The notes: a model not told the origin generated them from the sequence alone. Counted from the stretch's first letter, positions 30,065 to 40,824 are shown. The stretch: 64,000 nt of DNA from Sphaerotilus sp. (GCF_031429695.1 NZ_JANPAB010000030.1:32569-96568); one strand, 5' to 3'. A program made the numbers and translations.

Positions 30065-33000
30065 TCACAGGGTTTCGCAGCGCTTGTACCAAAGCCGGAT
30101 CCACTCCGGCAACGCTTCCGCCGGCATCGGACGGCCAATGAAAAACCCCTGCGCGATGTCACAACCGGCGGCGCGCACGAAATCCCAGTCGGCCCGGTCC
30201 TCCACGCCCTCGGCCACCGCAGTCATGTCGAGCTGGTGCGCCATCTCCAGGCTGGCGGTGAAGATGGCGCGCTGGGTGGCGTGGTCACGGTTGCCATGCA
30301 CGAAGCCGCGGTCGATCTTGAGTTCATCGAAGGGGATGTCGCGCAACTGCGCCAGCGACGAATGGCCGGTGCCGAAGTCGTCGATCGACAGGCCGATGTG
30401 CTTGAGCCGCAGCCGGGTGAGGATGTCCATCGGCACCCGGGCGTCGCGTGTCAGGCGCGACTCGGTCACCTCCAGCATCAGGTCGGCCAGCGGCACGCCG
30501 TGGTGCGTGGCCTCGCGCAGCACGAACTCCGGGAAGTCCAGCCGCGCCAGGTTGTCCATCGAGACGTTGACCGCCACCCGCAGCGCCATGCCCGCCGCCC
30601 GCCAGCGCCGGGCCTGGGCCAGCGCCTGCGACAGCACGTTGCGGGTGAGCGCGTCGATCTGGCCGCTGGATTCGGTCACGGCGATGAAGCTGTCGGGATA
30701 CAGCAGACCTTCGGTCGGATGCCGCCAGCGCACCAGCGCTTCCACGCCGACCACCGAACCGTCGGACAGCGCCACCTTGGGCTGGTAGTGCAGCACCAGC
30801 TCGTTGCCACGCAGGGCACGCTCGATCTCTTCCGGCCGGCGCGTGCGGGCCGCCCGGTGGATCTGCGCCGGCACGAACCCGCGCCAGCGTGCCACCAGAT
30901 CGCTCAGGATGGCCGACGGCACCGGCTTGTGCAGGTGGCTCAGGACATGGAGCTGGTAGGCGCTGGCGAGCTTGGCCGCCGTCTCCAGCACGCGGGTGTC
31001 GGCGCCGCTGATCAGCGCCAGCGCACCGGCGTAGTGCTGCTCGGCCAGGTGGCGCATGAACTCGACCCCGTCCATGCCCGGCATGTTCAGGTCGAGCAGC
31101 AACAGCATGGCCGATGTGTCGCGCCCGCGCAGCCGCTGCAAGGCCGCGGCACCGGACGTGCAGGACTGCACCAGCGGGACGCCCAGCGTGGCGAGCTGGC
31201 GCTGCAGCACCTGCAACTGGAACGGATCGTCGTCCACGAGCATCAGCTCGGGCTCGGCGCCGCAGAGCAATGGGGTGTCCCGCACCGCCGGTTCGTCGTC
31301 CAGACGCGCCACCAGCAGCGCCAGCTCGCTCTCGAAGCGCTGCAGCAGGGCCATGACCGCCACGCCGTCACCCGCCGCGCCAGCCTGTTCCAGTCCGGCG
31401 CAGCATCCCCCCAGCGCCATCGCCCCGATGGCACGGGCCGACGACACCAGACGGTGTCCCAGCGCGCCCACCTGTGACCAGTCGGTGCGGGCCACCGCCG
31501 TGCGCAGCACCTGGGCCGTGGCCCGCGTCGAGGCGAGGAAGTCACGCCGGAAACTGGCCAGCAGCACCGGATCGTCCCCGATGAGCTGCGCCAGCGCCGT
31601 GCTGTCGAACACCGGCAGCAGCGGGATCTCGGCGGGCAGTGGCCCAGCCGCAGCCACCTCGGGTAGACCGGTCAGCCAGCGCGCCAGCGTCGCGCCGAGC
31701 TGGTCGAGCTGCACCGGCTTGCTGAGGTAGTCGTCCATGCCGGCGGCGCGGCAGCGCTCGGCCTCGCCGCTCAGGGCGTTGGCGGTCAGCGCGATGATGG
31801 GCAGCCGCTGGCCGGGCAGTTCCTCGCGCCGCACGGCGCTGGCGAGTTCATAGCCATCCATGCCGGGCATGTGCAGGTCGGTCAGCAGCAGGGCGTAGCG
31901 TCCGCTGCGGGCGCGTTCCAGCGCATCCAGCCCGTTGCCGGCCACCTCGGCCGCCAGCCCGAGCAGTGAAAGCTGGCGGCGGATCACCTTCTGGTTGATG
32001 TCGTTGTCCTCGGCCACCAGCACCAGGCGGCCCTGCAGGCCAGTCTCGCCCTGGTCGGGCGCCAGTGCACTGCCCAGCGGCACGCTGGCGGCGAGGTCCA
32101 TCGGTTCCGGCACGAGCCGGCTGGCGGCCAGCGCCACCGCCTTGAGCAGCGCGGCGCGGTGCAACGCATCGTGGTCGAGCACCACCAGCCCGGGGCCGAG
32201 CACCCGCGGGTTGCGGCGCTGGCCCGGCGCAAGCCAGACCCAGCGCAGCCCCGGCGCCCCCACCTCCTCGCGCAGCCGGTCCAGCGTGGTGTCCAGCGGC
32301 TCGCGGGTCTGGTCGGTCTGGCACAGCACGACGGTCGAGCGGTCCGGCGGCAACCCGGTCAGCGCCTGCCGCAGAGGGTCCAGCGCCGGCCAGCACTGCA
32401 CCTGAGCGCCCGCGCCCGCCAGATAGGCACACCAGTCCCGGGCCTGCTGCGCGTCCCCCAGCACGATGTGGCAATGCAACCCCGACAGGTCATTCACCCG
32501 CTCGGCCGCCGCCAGCAACTGCCCCGGCACCGTGTCGCACCGGTGCATCGGCAGGGTCACCGTGAACACGGCGCCCTCCCCCGGCTGGCTCTCGACACCG
32601 ATCTCGCCACCAAAGGCGCTCGCCAGACGGCGGCAGATGGACAGCCCGAGGCCGGTCCCGCCATAGCGGCGCGAGGTGCTGCCTTCGGCCTGCTCGAACG
32701 GATCGAAGATCCGGGTCTGGGCCGACAGCGGCAGTCCGACCCCGTTGTCGCACACCTGCAGGCGAAATCGGTCCACGCCGTGGGCCTCGACACGCACCCG
32801 CACCTGGCCGGGTCGTTCGATTCCCGCCGAGAACTTGATGGCATTGCCCACCAGGTTGTTGAGGATCTGACGCAGCCGCACTGCGTCGCTGCTGATCCAG
32901 TCGGGCAGCGTCGGATCGACGAACACCTGCAGCGCCACGCGCCGGGCCGCCGCCACCGGCTGCAGCGTGTCGCACACCCCTTCGGCCAGCCGCAGCAGCG

Positions 33001-33814
33001 CGACGGGCTCCGATTCCAGCGCCAGATGCCCCGCCTCGATCTTCGAGAAATCGAGGATGCCATCCAGAATACCCAGCAGCGCGAAGGCCGAGTCGCGGAT
33101 CGTGTCGGCCAGATCGGACTGGTAGGGCGTGAGGCTAGACTGCCGCAGCACATCGACGATGCCGACCACGCCGTTCATCGGCGTGCGGATCTCGTGGCTC
33201 ATGGTGGCCAGGAAGGCGCTCTTGGCCTCGTTGGCCGCTTCGGCGGCCTGCTTGGCCAGCGCCAGTTCGGCCGTGCGGCGGGCCACCCGGTCTTCGAGGT
33301 GGTGGAGGTGCAGATCCAGCGCCTGGGCCTGGCGCCAGCTCACCATCCAGTGGGCCGCCGCCCGGCCGAGATCGACCAGGATGCCGCGCTGCGCCTCGGT
33401 GAGGCGGCGTGGCTCGCGGTCGAGGATGCACAGCGTGCCGATCTTGTGGCCGTCGATGTCGATCGGCACCCCGGCGTAGAAACGCAGATTCGGTTCCCCG
33501 GTGACCAGCGGGTTGTCGGCGAACCGCTCGTCCAGCGTCGTGTCGGGCACCTCGAACACCGTGTCGCCAAGGATGGTGTAACCGCACAACCCCGTGGCAC
33601 GGTCAGTCTGCGTGACGGGCAGCCCCAGAACGGCCTTGAACCATTGGCGGCCCGCATCGACCAGACTGACCATGGAGATCGGACAATCCAGCGCCAGCGC
33701 GGCACTGCGCACCAGCCCATCCAGCACTGGGTCGGCCGGGCTGTCGAGCACGTTCAGCCCATGCAGGGTGCGCAGACGCGCGGCTTCATCAAGAGGCTTC
33801 GGTGCCGGCATCAT
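30065..33814 (-). CDS. Hybrid sensor kinase-phosphodiesterase: GAF-HisKA-HATPase-REC-HPt-REC-EAL
   Basis: RFYAGVP; MSHEIRTPMNG; GGTGLGL; DLHMPGMDG; LGHRL; DLNMPGMDG; VEALVRW; DDFGTGHSS. Confidence 0.9.
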   Translation of the reverse strand: MMPAPKPLDEAARLRTLHGLNVLDSPADPVLDGLVRSAALALDCPISMVSLVDAGRQWFKAVLGLPVTQTDRATGLCGYTILGDTVFEVPDTTLDERFADNPLVTGEPNLRFYAGVPIDIDGHKIGTLCILDREPRRLTEAQRGILVDLGRAAAHWMVSWRQAQALDLHLHHLEDRVARRTAELALAKQAAEAANEAKSAFLATMSHEIRTPMNGVVGIVDVLRQSSLTPYQSDLADTIRDSAFALLGILDGILDFSKIEAGHLALESEPVALLRLAEGVCDTLQPVAAARRVALQVFVDPTLPDWISSDAVRLRQILNNLVGNAIKFSAGIERPGQVRVRVEAHGVDRFRLQVCDNGVGLPLSAQTRIFDPFEQAEGSTSRRYGGTGLGLSICRRLASAFGGEIGVESQPGEGAVFTVTLPMHRCDTVPGQLLAAAERVNDLSGLHCHIVLGDAQQARDWCAYLAGAGAQVQCWPALDPLRQALTGLPPDRSTVVLCQTDQTREPLDTTLDRLREEVGAPGLRWVWLAPGQRRNPRVLGPGLVVLDHDALHRAALLKAVALAASRLVPEPMDLAASVPLGSALAPDQGETGLQGRLVLVAEDNDINQKVIRRQLSLLGLAAEVAGNGLDALERARSGRYALLLTDLHMPGMDGYELASAVRREELPGQRLPIIALTANALSGEAERCRAAGMDDYLSKPVQLDQLGATLARWLTGLPEVAAAGPLPAEIPLLPVFDSTALAQLIGDDPVLLASFRRDFLASTRATAQVLRTAVARTDWSQVGALGHRLVSSARAIGAMALGGCCAGLEQAGAAGDGVAVMALLQRFESELALLVARLDDEPAVRDTPLLCGAEPELMLVDDDPFQLQVLQRQLATLGVPLVQSCTSGAAALQRLRGRDTSAMLLLLDLNMPGMDGVEFMRHLAEQHYAGALALISGADTRVLETAAKLASAYQLHVLSHLHKPVPSAILSDLVARWRGFVPAQIHRAARTRRPEEIERALRGNELVLHYQPKVALSDGSVVGVEALVRWRHPTEGLLYPDSFIAVTESSGQIDALTRNVLSQALAQARRWRAAGMALRVAVNVSMDNLARLDFPEFVLREATHHGVPLADLMLEVTESRLTRDARVPMDILTRLRLKHIGLSIDDFGTGHSSLAQLRDIPFDELKIDRGFVHGNRDHATQRAIFTASLEMAHQLDMTAVAEGVEDRADWDFVRAAGCDIAQGFFIGRPMPAEALPEWIRLWYKRCETL

Positions 33815-34226
33815 TTGCAGCTTTCATCTTGTTCTTGTGCCAGTGTCGCAACACGGCTTCCAGGTCAGCCCAGGCCCGCACCACCTGGTGACCGGGCACG
33901 GTGCGCGCACACACGTCGAACAGCAGCACCTCGGTGACCGGCGCCACGCGGGCCAGGTGGCGCACCACGATCGGCGCGAAGGCGTCGTCCACCGACAGGT
34001 CCAGCAGCAGCAAGTCGGCGGGTTTGCGCATGGAACACAAAAGCGCGTCCACCACCGAATCGGCCGACTCGACCAGCGCGCCCGGCACGGCACGGGCCAG
34101 TACCTCGCGCACCAGCGCATGCCGGCTCGACACGCCGACGACCATCAGCACCCGACAGGGCAAGGTGGCAGGCGCCGGGTCACCGGGATCGGACGGCCGC
34201 GCGAATTCCAAAAGGGTCTGGGGCAT
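33789..34226 (-). CDS. Degenerate single receiver-like domain protein
   Basis: REC-like pattern PADLLLLDL; acidic pocket and conserved Lys not evident. Confidence 0.5.
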   Translation of the reverse strand: MPQTLLEFARPSDPGDPAPATLPCRVLMVVGVSSRHALVREVLARAVPGALVESADSVVDALLCSMRKPADLLLLDLSVDDAFAPIVVRHLARVAPVTEVLLFDVCARTVPGHQVVRAWADLEAVLRHWHKNKMKAANDAGTEAS

Positions 34227-34314
34227 GCCATGACTCTAGGCGGGCGGCCCGTCACGGTCTGTGGGGAGTTCTGGATGCGTGGTGGCGGGAACCCGCGTCA
34301 ACGCTGGAACAAAG

Positions 34315-34956
34315 TCACGGCTCGGCGGCATCGATCAGGCCGGCCCGGATGGCCAGCCGCACCAGCGCGGGCACATCCGCCACGGCGAGCTTGCCCATCA
34401 GGCGGCTGCGGTAGGAGTCCACCGTCTTGGACGACAGGTGCAGCAGCGCACCGATTTCGGTGCTCGACCGCCCGCGCACCACCAGCTCGGCGATCTGCCG
34501 CTCGCGCACCGACAAGGCATCGACCGCAGAGGACTCGTCGCGGGCCGTCAGGCCCTGCACGGCCAGATCGGCCACCTCGGGGCTGAGGTGGCGGCGGCCC
34601 TGCAGCACGGTGTCGATCGCGCCCATCAGTTCCGCCGACGACGACCCCTTGAGCACGTAGCCCGCCGCACCCAGCCGCATCGCCTCGGCCACATGCCGGG
34701 GCTGGGCCGACATGGTCAGCACGATGGTGCGGGTTGGCAGGCGGCGCCGCTGCAGCTCGGTGAGCAGCTCCAGCCCGGAGCGTTCGCCCAGGTGCAGATC
34801 AAGCAGCAACAGCGCGGGCACGAGCCGCTGCAGTTCCGCCAGCGCCAGCGTCGGATCCCCCGTTTCACCGACGATCCGGTGGCCGCCAGCCTGCAGCACG
34901 GCGCGCAGACCATCGCGCATCATGGCGTGGTCGTCCACCAGATAGACATCCGTCAC
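34315..34956 (-). CDS. NarL/LuxR-family response regulator
   Basis: LVDDH, LLDLHL, GYVLK, LSVRERQI, KTVDSYR; GTG start overlaps the kinase stop. Confidence 0.92.
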   Translation of the reverse strand: MTDVYLVDDHAMMRDGLRAVLQAGGHRIVGETGDPTLALAELQRLVPALLLLDLHLGERSGLELLTELQRRRLPTRTIVLTMSAQPRHVAEAMRLGAAGYVLKGSSSAELMGAIDTVLQGRRHLSPEVADLAVQGLTARDESSAVDALSVRERQIAELVVRGRSSTEIGALLHLSSKTVDSYRSRLMGKLAVADVPALVRLAIRAGLIDAAEP

Positions 34957-37451
34957 GGCGCAGGCCCCTCCCAGTGCATGGAAACCTCGGTGCCACGGCC
35001 ACTGCCAATCCCAGGGCCAATGCCGTGTGACACAGCAAAACGCGCGCCAATGGCAATGGCCCGTTCGCGCATGCCGACGATGCCGAGGTGCCCGGGCCGG
35101 CCGTGCAGCATCGGCGCCGGAATGCCTCGACCATCGTCGATCACGCACAGGTCGAGTCCCCCGTGCCCGGTCGGCGCCGACAGCAGCACGCGGATCAGGC
35201 TTGCGCCAGCGTGCTGGCGGGCATTGGCGATGGCCTCTCGTGCCACCATGAAGAAGCCGTATTCCACATCCGCCGGCCAGCGCCCCGCTACCACGTCATC
35301 GCCCGCTTCGACCAGCACGTCCGCCCCGTTGTCGATGCCGACACCGGGCAGCACCCGCGAGCGGATCTCGTTGTCGATCGCGGCGGCCAGCCCTTGCTCC
35401 TCCAGCAGCGGCGGGCGCAGGTCGGCCAGAACCTGCCGCACTTCGCGCACCGCCTGGTCGAGCATCTGCGCGATGCGGTCGCAGGCGAGGTGCAGGCCTT
35501 CTGGCATCGTCGCCCCAAAGGAGGTGTGGGCCGCGTCCAGGTGGAGGCGGACCACGGCCAGGGTCTGCCCGACCTGGTCGTGCAGCGACTGCGCCACGCG
35601 CTGGGTGGTCTCCTTTTCCTGCTCCAGCAAACGCCGGGTCAGCTCGGCCAGCTCCATCTGGTAGGTCAGCACGGCCTTCTCCGACGCACGCCGCACGGTG
35701 ATGTCCCGCAGCACCTGCACGTGGCGCTGCGCGTCCAGCGACCGCATGCTGACCTCGGCCGGAAACTGCGTGCCATCGCGGCGCCGGTGTTCCCATTCGT
35801 CGAGGTGGGTACCACCCGCCGGCAGCCGCAGCATCTCGCTATCGAGCCGCGCACGTTCCTGGTCGGCCAGCAGGTCCGGCAGCGACAGCCGCAGCAACTC
35901 GTCGTGCGCGTAACCCAGCATGGCCAGCGCCTGGGGGTTAGCGTCGAGGATGCGCAGCGTGCGGTCGATCAGCAGGACACCGTCGGCCAGTTGTTCGAAC
36001 ACCAGGCGCCGGTAGGCCTCGGACTCGCGCAGCGCCTCCTCGGCACGTCGGCGCTCGGTGATGTCGAAGGTGGTGCCGGCCATGTAGGTGGCCCGGCCCT
36101 GCGCGTCCCACACCGCCTGGCCATGCGTGCGGAACCAGTGCCACGAACCGTCGGCATGGCGCAGGCGGAACTCCAGGCCGTACGGCACCCGCTGGCTCAG
36201 ATGCGCCGTCAGGGCGTGCCGGAAACGCGACAGGTCGTCCGGATGCAGGCAGCTCTCCAGGTGCTGCAGGCTGCCCTCCGGGGATGGCGCGGTCTGCCCC
36301 AGACCTTGCCAGAATTCAGTGGCCACGATCAGTTCCCTGGTCTCTGCACTCCAGTCCCACACCTGCCCCTGGCGCGCCGCCAGCCGGTAGCGCAACTCGC
36401 TGACCTGCAGGGCACGTTCGGCGGACTTGCGGGCCGTGATGTCGGTGAAATAGATCGACAGGCCCTCTGGCGACGGGTAGATGCGGTTCTCGAACCAGCG
36501 GTCCCAGGGCTTGAAATGCTCCTCCAGCACAACAGGCTGCTGGGTGCGCATCGCCTGCTCGTAGGCCCGGTGAAACGGCTGGCCGATCCCCTCGGGAAAC
36601 TCGATCCAGATGTTGCGGCCGATCAGGTCATCCGGGTGCTCTCGGCCCAGCAGGCGCGCAGCCTGCAGGTTGAGGTAGGTGTAGCGCCAGTCCTGGTCGA
36701 GCGCGACGAATCCGTCGTCCACCCGCGCCAGCACGTCACGCAACACGTCCCGCGCCTGGCTGGCCTCGGCCAGCGCCGCCTGCCGCTGCTGCGCCAGCTC
36801 GCTGCGTTCGGTGATGTCCCGGGAGATGCCGAACAGGCCCGTCACCTGCCCGCTGGCATCGCGCAGCGGTCCCTTGGTGGCGAGAAAGGTCATGCGGCCC
36901 TGAACGGTGTCGAGCACTTCCTCGAAGGTCTCCGGCCGGTCCTGCTGCATGACCTGCTGGTCATTGGCGCGGACCATCGCCGCCTGGTCGGCCGGAAAGA
37001 CGGCGGTGTCGTCCAACCCGATCACCTGGTCCACCTCCAGTCCCGCCAGGCGGGCAGCCGCCCGGTTGAACAACTGGTAGCGGCCCTCGCGGTCCTTGGC
37101 GAAGATGGCGTCCGGCGAGCCTTCGGCCAGTGCCTGCAGCAGGGCCTGCGACTGCTGGTGGTGCTGCCAGACGGCCCGCTCGCGGTCGAACGCGCGGTGC
37201 AGGCGCTCGACACCCCGCGCCATCAGGCCGTAGAGCAACACCGCAGTGACTCCCACGAACCCCCAGCCCTTGACCAAGCCGGCCAGCACCCGCTGCTCCG
37301 GGTCTGCCAGCAGCAGCGCCACCACGGAGTCGGACAGACCGATCCACAGCGCCGAAACAACAACGTACCAGCCCACCACCCGCCGGACGTCGGCGAACGA
37401 TTGCCTGCGGGCGTCCGAGTCGGTGGGAGACGGTGCTGGCACGGTGTTCAT
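34953..37451 (-). CDS. Membrane multi-PAS sensor histidine kinase (HisKA_3)
   Basis: Two TM segments; about four PAS/PAC domains; SLHDQVGQ, EAIANA, DDGRG, HLGIVGM. Confidence 0.9.
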   Translation of the reverse strand: MNTVPAPSPTDSDARRQSFADVRRVVGWYVVVSALWIGLSDSVVALLLADPEQRVLAGLVKGWGFVGVTAVLLYGLMARGVERLHRAFDRERAVWQHHQQSQALLQALAEGSPDAIFAKDREGRYQLFNRAAARLAGLEVDQVIGLDDTAVFPADQAAMVRANDQQVMQQDRPETFEEVLDTVQGRMTFLATKGPLRDASGQVTGLFGISRDITERSELAQQRQAALAEASQARDVLRDVLARVDDGFVALDQDWRYTYLNLQAARLLGREHPDDLIGRNIWIEFPEGIGQPFHRAYEQAMRTQQPVVLEEHFKPWDRWFENRIYPSPEGLSIYFTDITARKSAERALQVSELRYRLAARQGQVWDWSAETRELIVATEFWQGLGQTAPSPEGSLQHLESCLHPDDLSRFRHALTAHLSQRVPYGLEFRLRHADGSWHWFRTHGQAVWDAQGRATYMAGTTFDITERRRAEEALRESEAYRRLVFEQLADGVLLIDRTLRILDANPQALAMLGYAHDELLRLSLPDLLADQERARLDSEMLRLPAGGTHLDEWEHRRRDGTQFPAEVSMRSLDAQRHVQVLRDITVRRASEKAVLTYQMELAELTRRLLEQEKETTQRVAQSLHDQVGQTLAVVRLHLDAAHTSFGATMPEGLHLACDRIAQMLDQAVREVRQVLADLRPPLLEEQGLAAAIDNEIRSRVLPGVGIDNGADVLVEAGDDVVAGRWPADVEYGFFMVAREAIANARQHAGASLIRVLLSAPTGHGGLDLCVIDDGRGIPAPMLHGRPGHLGIVGMRERAIAIGARFAVSHGIGPGIGSGRGTEVSMHWEGPAP

Positions 37452-37461
37452 GGAATCCCCT

Positions 37462-38058
37462 TCAGAGGATGCGGGCCGCCGTGTCGAAGTCCAGACGCGG
37501 TCCGCGCGGACGGTTGCCAGCCGGATCGGCATGACCCAGATTGACCAGCAGATACGACTGGAAGCGCCCGTCCGGGAAAAACGCCGCGTCCACCTTGGCG
37601 CGGTCGAATCCACCCATCGGACCGACGCCCAGACCGAGCATCCGCGCCGCCAGGATCAGGTAGCCGCCCTGCAGCGTGCCGCTGATCCGGCCAGTTTCAG
37701 CGGCCATGGCCGGGTTGTCGGCAAATCGCTGGGCAGCCCCGGCACCGCCGGACGGGAACTGCGTTGGCAGGTGGGTGTGGAACGCGGTGTCGATGGCGAG
37801 GATGGCCGTCACCGGCGCGGCCATCGTCTTGTCCACGTTGCCGGGCGACAGCGTTGGCTGCAGCAGTGCCTTGGCCTCGGCGCCACGCACGAACACCAGC
37901 CGCATCGGCTGGCAGTTCATCGAGGTCGGGCCGAACTTGCAGAGGCCGTAAAGGGCGTGCAGCACCGCGTCGGTGACGGGCTGCGCAGTGAAGGCATTGG
38001 CCGTGTGGGCCTCGAAAAACGTCTGGTCGAGTGCGGTGGAATCGAGCGGTGTGGTCAT
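37462..38058 (-). CDS. rutE: Malonic semialdehyde reductase-like nitroreductase
   Basis: GPTSMNCQP, GYLILAARMLG, GPMGGFD, LVNLGH. Confidence 0.8.
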   Translation of the reverse strand: MTTPLDSTALDQTFFEAHTANAFTAQPVTDAVLHALYGLCKFGPTSMNCQPMRLVFVRGAEAKALLQPTLSPGNVDKTMAAPVTAILAIDTAFHTHLPTQFPSGGAGAAQRFADNPAMAAETGRISGTLQGGYLILAARMLGLGVGPMGGFDRAKVDAAFFPDGRFQSYLLVNLGHADPAGNRPRGPRLDFDTAARIL

Positions 38059-38091
38059 CAGGCAGCGTCCAGTCAATGGAAGCCGCCGAGA

Positions 38092-39351
38092 TTACAGGTT
38101 CCGGCCAATTCCCCACATGCCCAAGGGGCCTTCGCGAACCCGAAAAGCCGGCAGCACCACCCGGAACACCGAGCCCTTGCCCGGCACGCTGTCGATCAGC
38201 AGTTCGCCGTCGTGGCGCTGCACCACATGCTTGACGATCGCCAGCCCCAGCCCCGTGCCGCCGGTCTCGCGCGAACGGCTGCTGTCCACGCGGTAGAAGC
38301 GCTCGGTCAGGCGGGGGATGTGCTCGCGCTCGATGCCCGTACCGGTGTCGGTGACCCGGAACTCACCCGTCCCGTCCGGCCGCACCGACCATTGCGCCGT
38401 CACGCGACCACCGGCCGGGGTGTAGCGCAGCGCGTTGCTCACCAAGTTCCAGAACGCGCTGAACAGCTCGGACTCGATCCCGCCCAATTGCGCCGGACTG
38501 CCGGATTGCAGCTCGAAATGGTGCTGATCCCGGTCCGAGGCGCGGGCACTGATCTCGATCTGCGCCAGCAACTCTCCCACGTCGGTCCAGGTGTCGGGCA
38601 GTGGCCGCGGCGCGCCTTCGATCTGCGCCAGCGCCAGCAGATCGGTGACGAGGTTGCGCATGCGGTCGGTCTGCTGGCGCATCAGGGCGAGCACCCGCTG
38701 ACGCTCGGAACCGGTCAGCGGCAGATCCGCCAAGGTTTCGATGAAGCCGGCCAGCACGGTCAGCGGACTGCGGATCTCGTGCGAGACGTTGGCGACGAAG
38801 TCGCGGCGCATCCGGTCGCTGCGCTCGCGCACGGTGATGTCCTGGGACAGGACGAGCTTCAGCGCATCACCATAGGGCCGCACCGTGACGGACAGCATCG
38901 CCTCGCCCCGCGGACTCGGAAAGCTCACGCCCTCGTCAAACCGCTCCGCCTGCAGGTACTCGACAAACGCGGGCGAGCGCACGAGGTTGGTCACCCGCTG
39001 GTCGCGGTCGCGCTGCACGTCGAGCCCGAAATGGCCCGCCGCGGTCTGGTTGATCCACTGCAACTGGTCCTGCGCGTCGAGCAGCAGGATGCCGTTGGGT
39101 GATGCGTCGATGGCGGTGAGAAAGGTCGCCAGCCGATGCGCGTGTTCGGCCTGCCGGACATCCGCGGCGCGCAAGGCCCGTTCAACCCGCTCCCCGATCT
39201 CGCCGAGCGTGCCCGGCAGATCGGGCGCGTCCTTGTCGCCCATGCCGGACGCCGTCCAGCGCAGCAGCACGCGCTGGCGCCGCCACATCTGCGAGGCCGC
39301 CACCGTGGCGCCAAACGCCAGCAGCAGGCTCAGCACCAGGGCGATGGTCAT
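38092..39351 (-). CDS. phoR: Phosphate regulon sensor kinase
   Basis: DFVANVSHEIRSPL, ERFYRVD, GTGLGLAIVKH. Confidence 0.93.
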   Translation of the reverse strand: MTIALVLSLLLAFGATVAASQMWRRQRVLLRWTASGMGDKDAPDLPGTLGEIGERVERALRAADVRQAEHAHRLATFLTAIDASPNGILLLDAQDQLQWINQTAAGHFGLDVQRDRDQRVTNLVRSPAFVEYLQAERFDEGVSFPSPRGEAMLSVTVRPYGDALKLVLSQDITVRERSDRMRRDFVANVSHEIRSPLTVLAGFIETLADLPLTGSERQRVLALMRQQTDRMRNLVTDLLALAQIEGAPRPLPDTWTDVGELLAQIEISARASDRDQHHFELQSGSPAQLGGIESELFSAFWNLVSNALRYTPAGGRVTAQWSVRPDGTGEFRVTDTGTGIEREHIPRLTERFYRVDSSRSRETGGTGLGLAIVKHVVQRHDGELLIDSVPGKGSVFRVVLPAFRVREGPLGMWGIGRNL

Positions 39352-40064
39352 GCAGCGGCCTGGCTGGTGGCACCGGTGGCCGTCGGCCGGGCCAGCCGAT
39401 AACCCGCACCACGCACCGTCTCGATCAGGTCCGAGCAGCCGACCGGCGCCAGCGCAGCCCGCAGGCGCTTGATGTGGACATCGACCGTGCGTTCCTCGAT
39501 GAACACATGGTCGCCCCAGACGCGGTCGAGCAACTGGCTGCGGCTGTGGACCCGTTCCGGGTGCGTCATCAGGAAACGCAGCAGGCGGAACTCGGTCGGG
39601 CCGAGCGCGACCTCCTCGTGGCCGTGCCAGACGCGGCGCGTGGCCGGGTCGAGCCGGATCGGGCCAGCGTCGACCGGCGTGTCCAGCGCCTCAGGCAGCT
39701 TGCGGCGCAGCACCGCCCGGATGCGCGCCAGCAGCTCGCCGGGCGAGAACGGCTTGGTCAGGTAGTCGTCCGCCCCCGCATCCAGCCCCTGGATCAGGTC
39801 GCGCTCTTCGGAGCGGGCGGTGAGCATGATGATCGGCAGCTCCCGGGTGCGCACGTCACCGCGCCAGCGCCTCGCCAGCGACACACCCGACTCGCCCGGC
39901 AGCATCCAGTCCAGGATGACCAGCTCCGGCAGTTGCTCCGTCACCAGCCGCACGGCGGCATCGGCCGTGCCGGCGACCCGCACGTCATGGCCCTCGTAGC
40001 GCAGGTTCAGCGCAATCAGCTCGGCGATGGCCGGCTCGTCCTCGACGATCAGGATGCGTCCCAT
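39348..40064 (-). CDS. phoB: Phosphate regulon response regulator
   Basis: LDWMLPG, VWGDHVFIEERTVDVHIKRLR. Confidence 0.95.
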   Translation of the reverse strand: MGRILIVEDEPAIAELIALNLRYEGHDVRVAGTADAAVRLVTEQLPELVILDWMLPGESGVSLARRWRGDVRTRELPIIMLTARSEERDLIQGLDAGADDYLTKPFSPGELLARIRAVLRRKLPEALDTPVDAGPIRLDPATRRVWHGHEEVALGPTEFRLLRFLMTHPERVHSRSQLLDRVWGDHVFIEERTVDVHIKRLRAALAPVGCSDLIETVRGAGYRLARPTATGATSQAAA

Positions 40065-40082
40065 GGTGGGCCTCTGCGGAAG

Positions 40083-40784
40083 TTACTGGATAGCCGTCTC
40101 GACGCTGTCGAGCGGCGAGTGGCGCACGTCGGCGCCCTTGACGATGTAGATCACCTGCTCGGCGATGTTCTTGGCGTGGTCGCCGACGCGCTCGATCGCC
40201 TTGACGACGAACACGAGGTCGATGCTGGCGGAAATGGTCCGCGGGTCTTCCATCATGTAGGTGATGAGCTTGCGCATCAGGCCGTCGAACTCGGCGTCGA
40301 TCTCGTTGTCCTGCTTGATGACCTGCAGCGCCTGCGACGCATCCAGTCGCGCAAAGGCACCGAGCGCCCGGCGCAGCGAGGTGGTGGCCAGCGCCGCCTC
40401 GAACGACACGTCGGCCACCGGCAGGCGGCTGGACATGCCCGTGGTCATCAGGCGCTGCACGGTGCGGGCGATGCGCGCCGCCTCGTCGCCGACACGCTCC
40501 AGGTTGCCGATGGTCTTGGACGTGGCGATCAGCAGGCGCAGGTCGCGGGCAGTCGGCTGGCGCCGGGCGATGATGGTCGAGAGATCGCGGTCCATGTCGA
40601 TCTCCATCTGGTTGACCCGGTGCTCCTGGCGGATGACCTGGTCGGCGGTTTCGTGGCTGAAGTGGGTCAGCGCGTAGACGGCTTGCGCGACCTGGGCTTC
40701 GACCAGACCGCCCATTTCGAGCACGCGGGTGGAGATGCCGCTGAGTTCGGCGTCGAACTGCGTGGAAAGGTGCTTGTCGCTCAT
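40083..40784 (-). CDS. phoU: Phosphate signalling protein
   Basis: RRQPTARDLR, LERVGD, IERVGDHAKNIAE. Confidence 0.96.
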   Translation of the reverse strand: MSDKHLSTQFDAELSGISTRVLEMGGLVEAQVAQAVYALTHFSHETADQVIRQEHRVNQMEIDMDRDLSTIIARRQPTARDLRLLIATSKTIGNLERVGDEAARIARTVQRLMTTGMSSRLPVADVSFEAALATTSLRRALGAFARLDASQALQVIKQDNEIDAEFDGLMRKLITYMMEDPRTISASIDLVFVVKAIERVGDHAKNIAEQVIYIVKGADVRHSPLDSVETAIQ

Positions 40785-40824
40785 GGGGTGTCCTGGAAGG
40801 CGTGGATCCGAAGGCGGCGCGGAC

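Noticed and set aside
35088-37544. 818-aa plus-strand ORF
   Set aside because: Shadow of the PAS histidine kinase.
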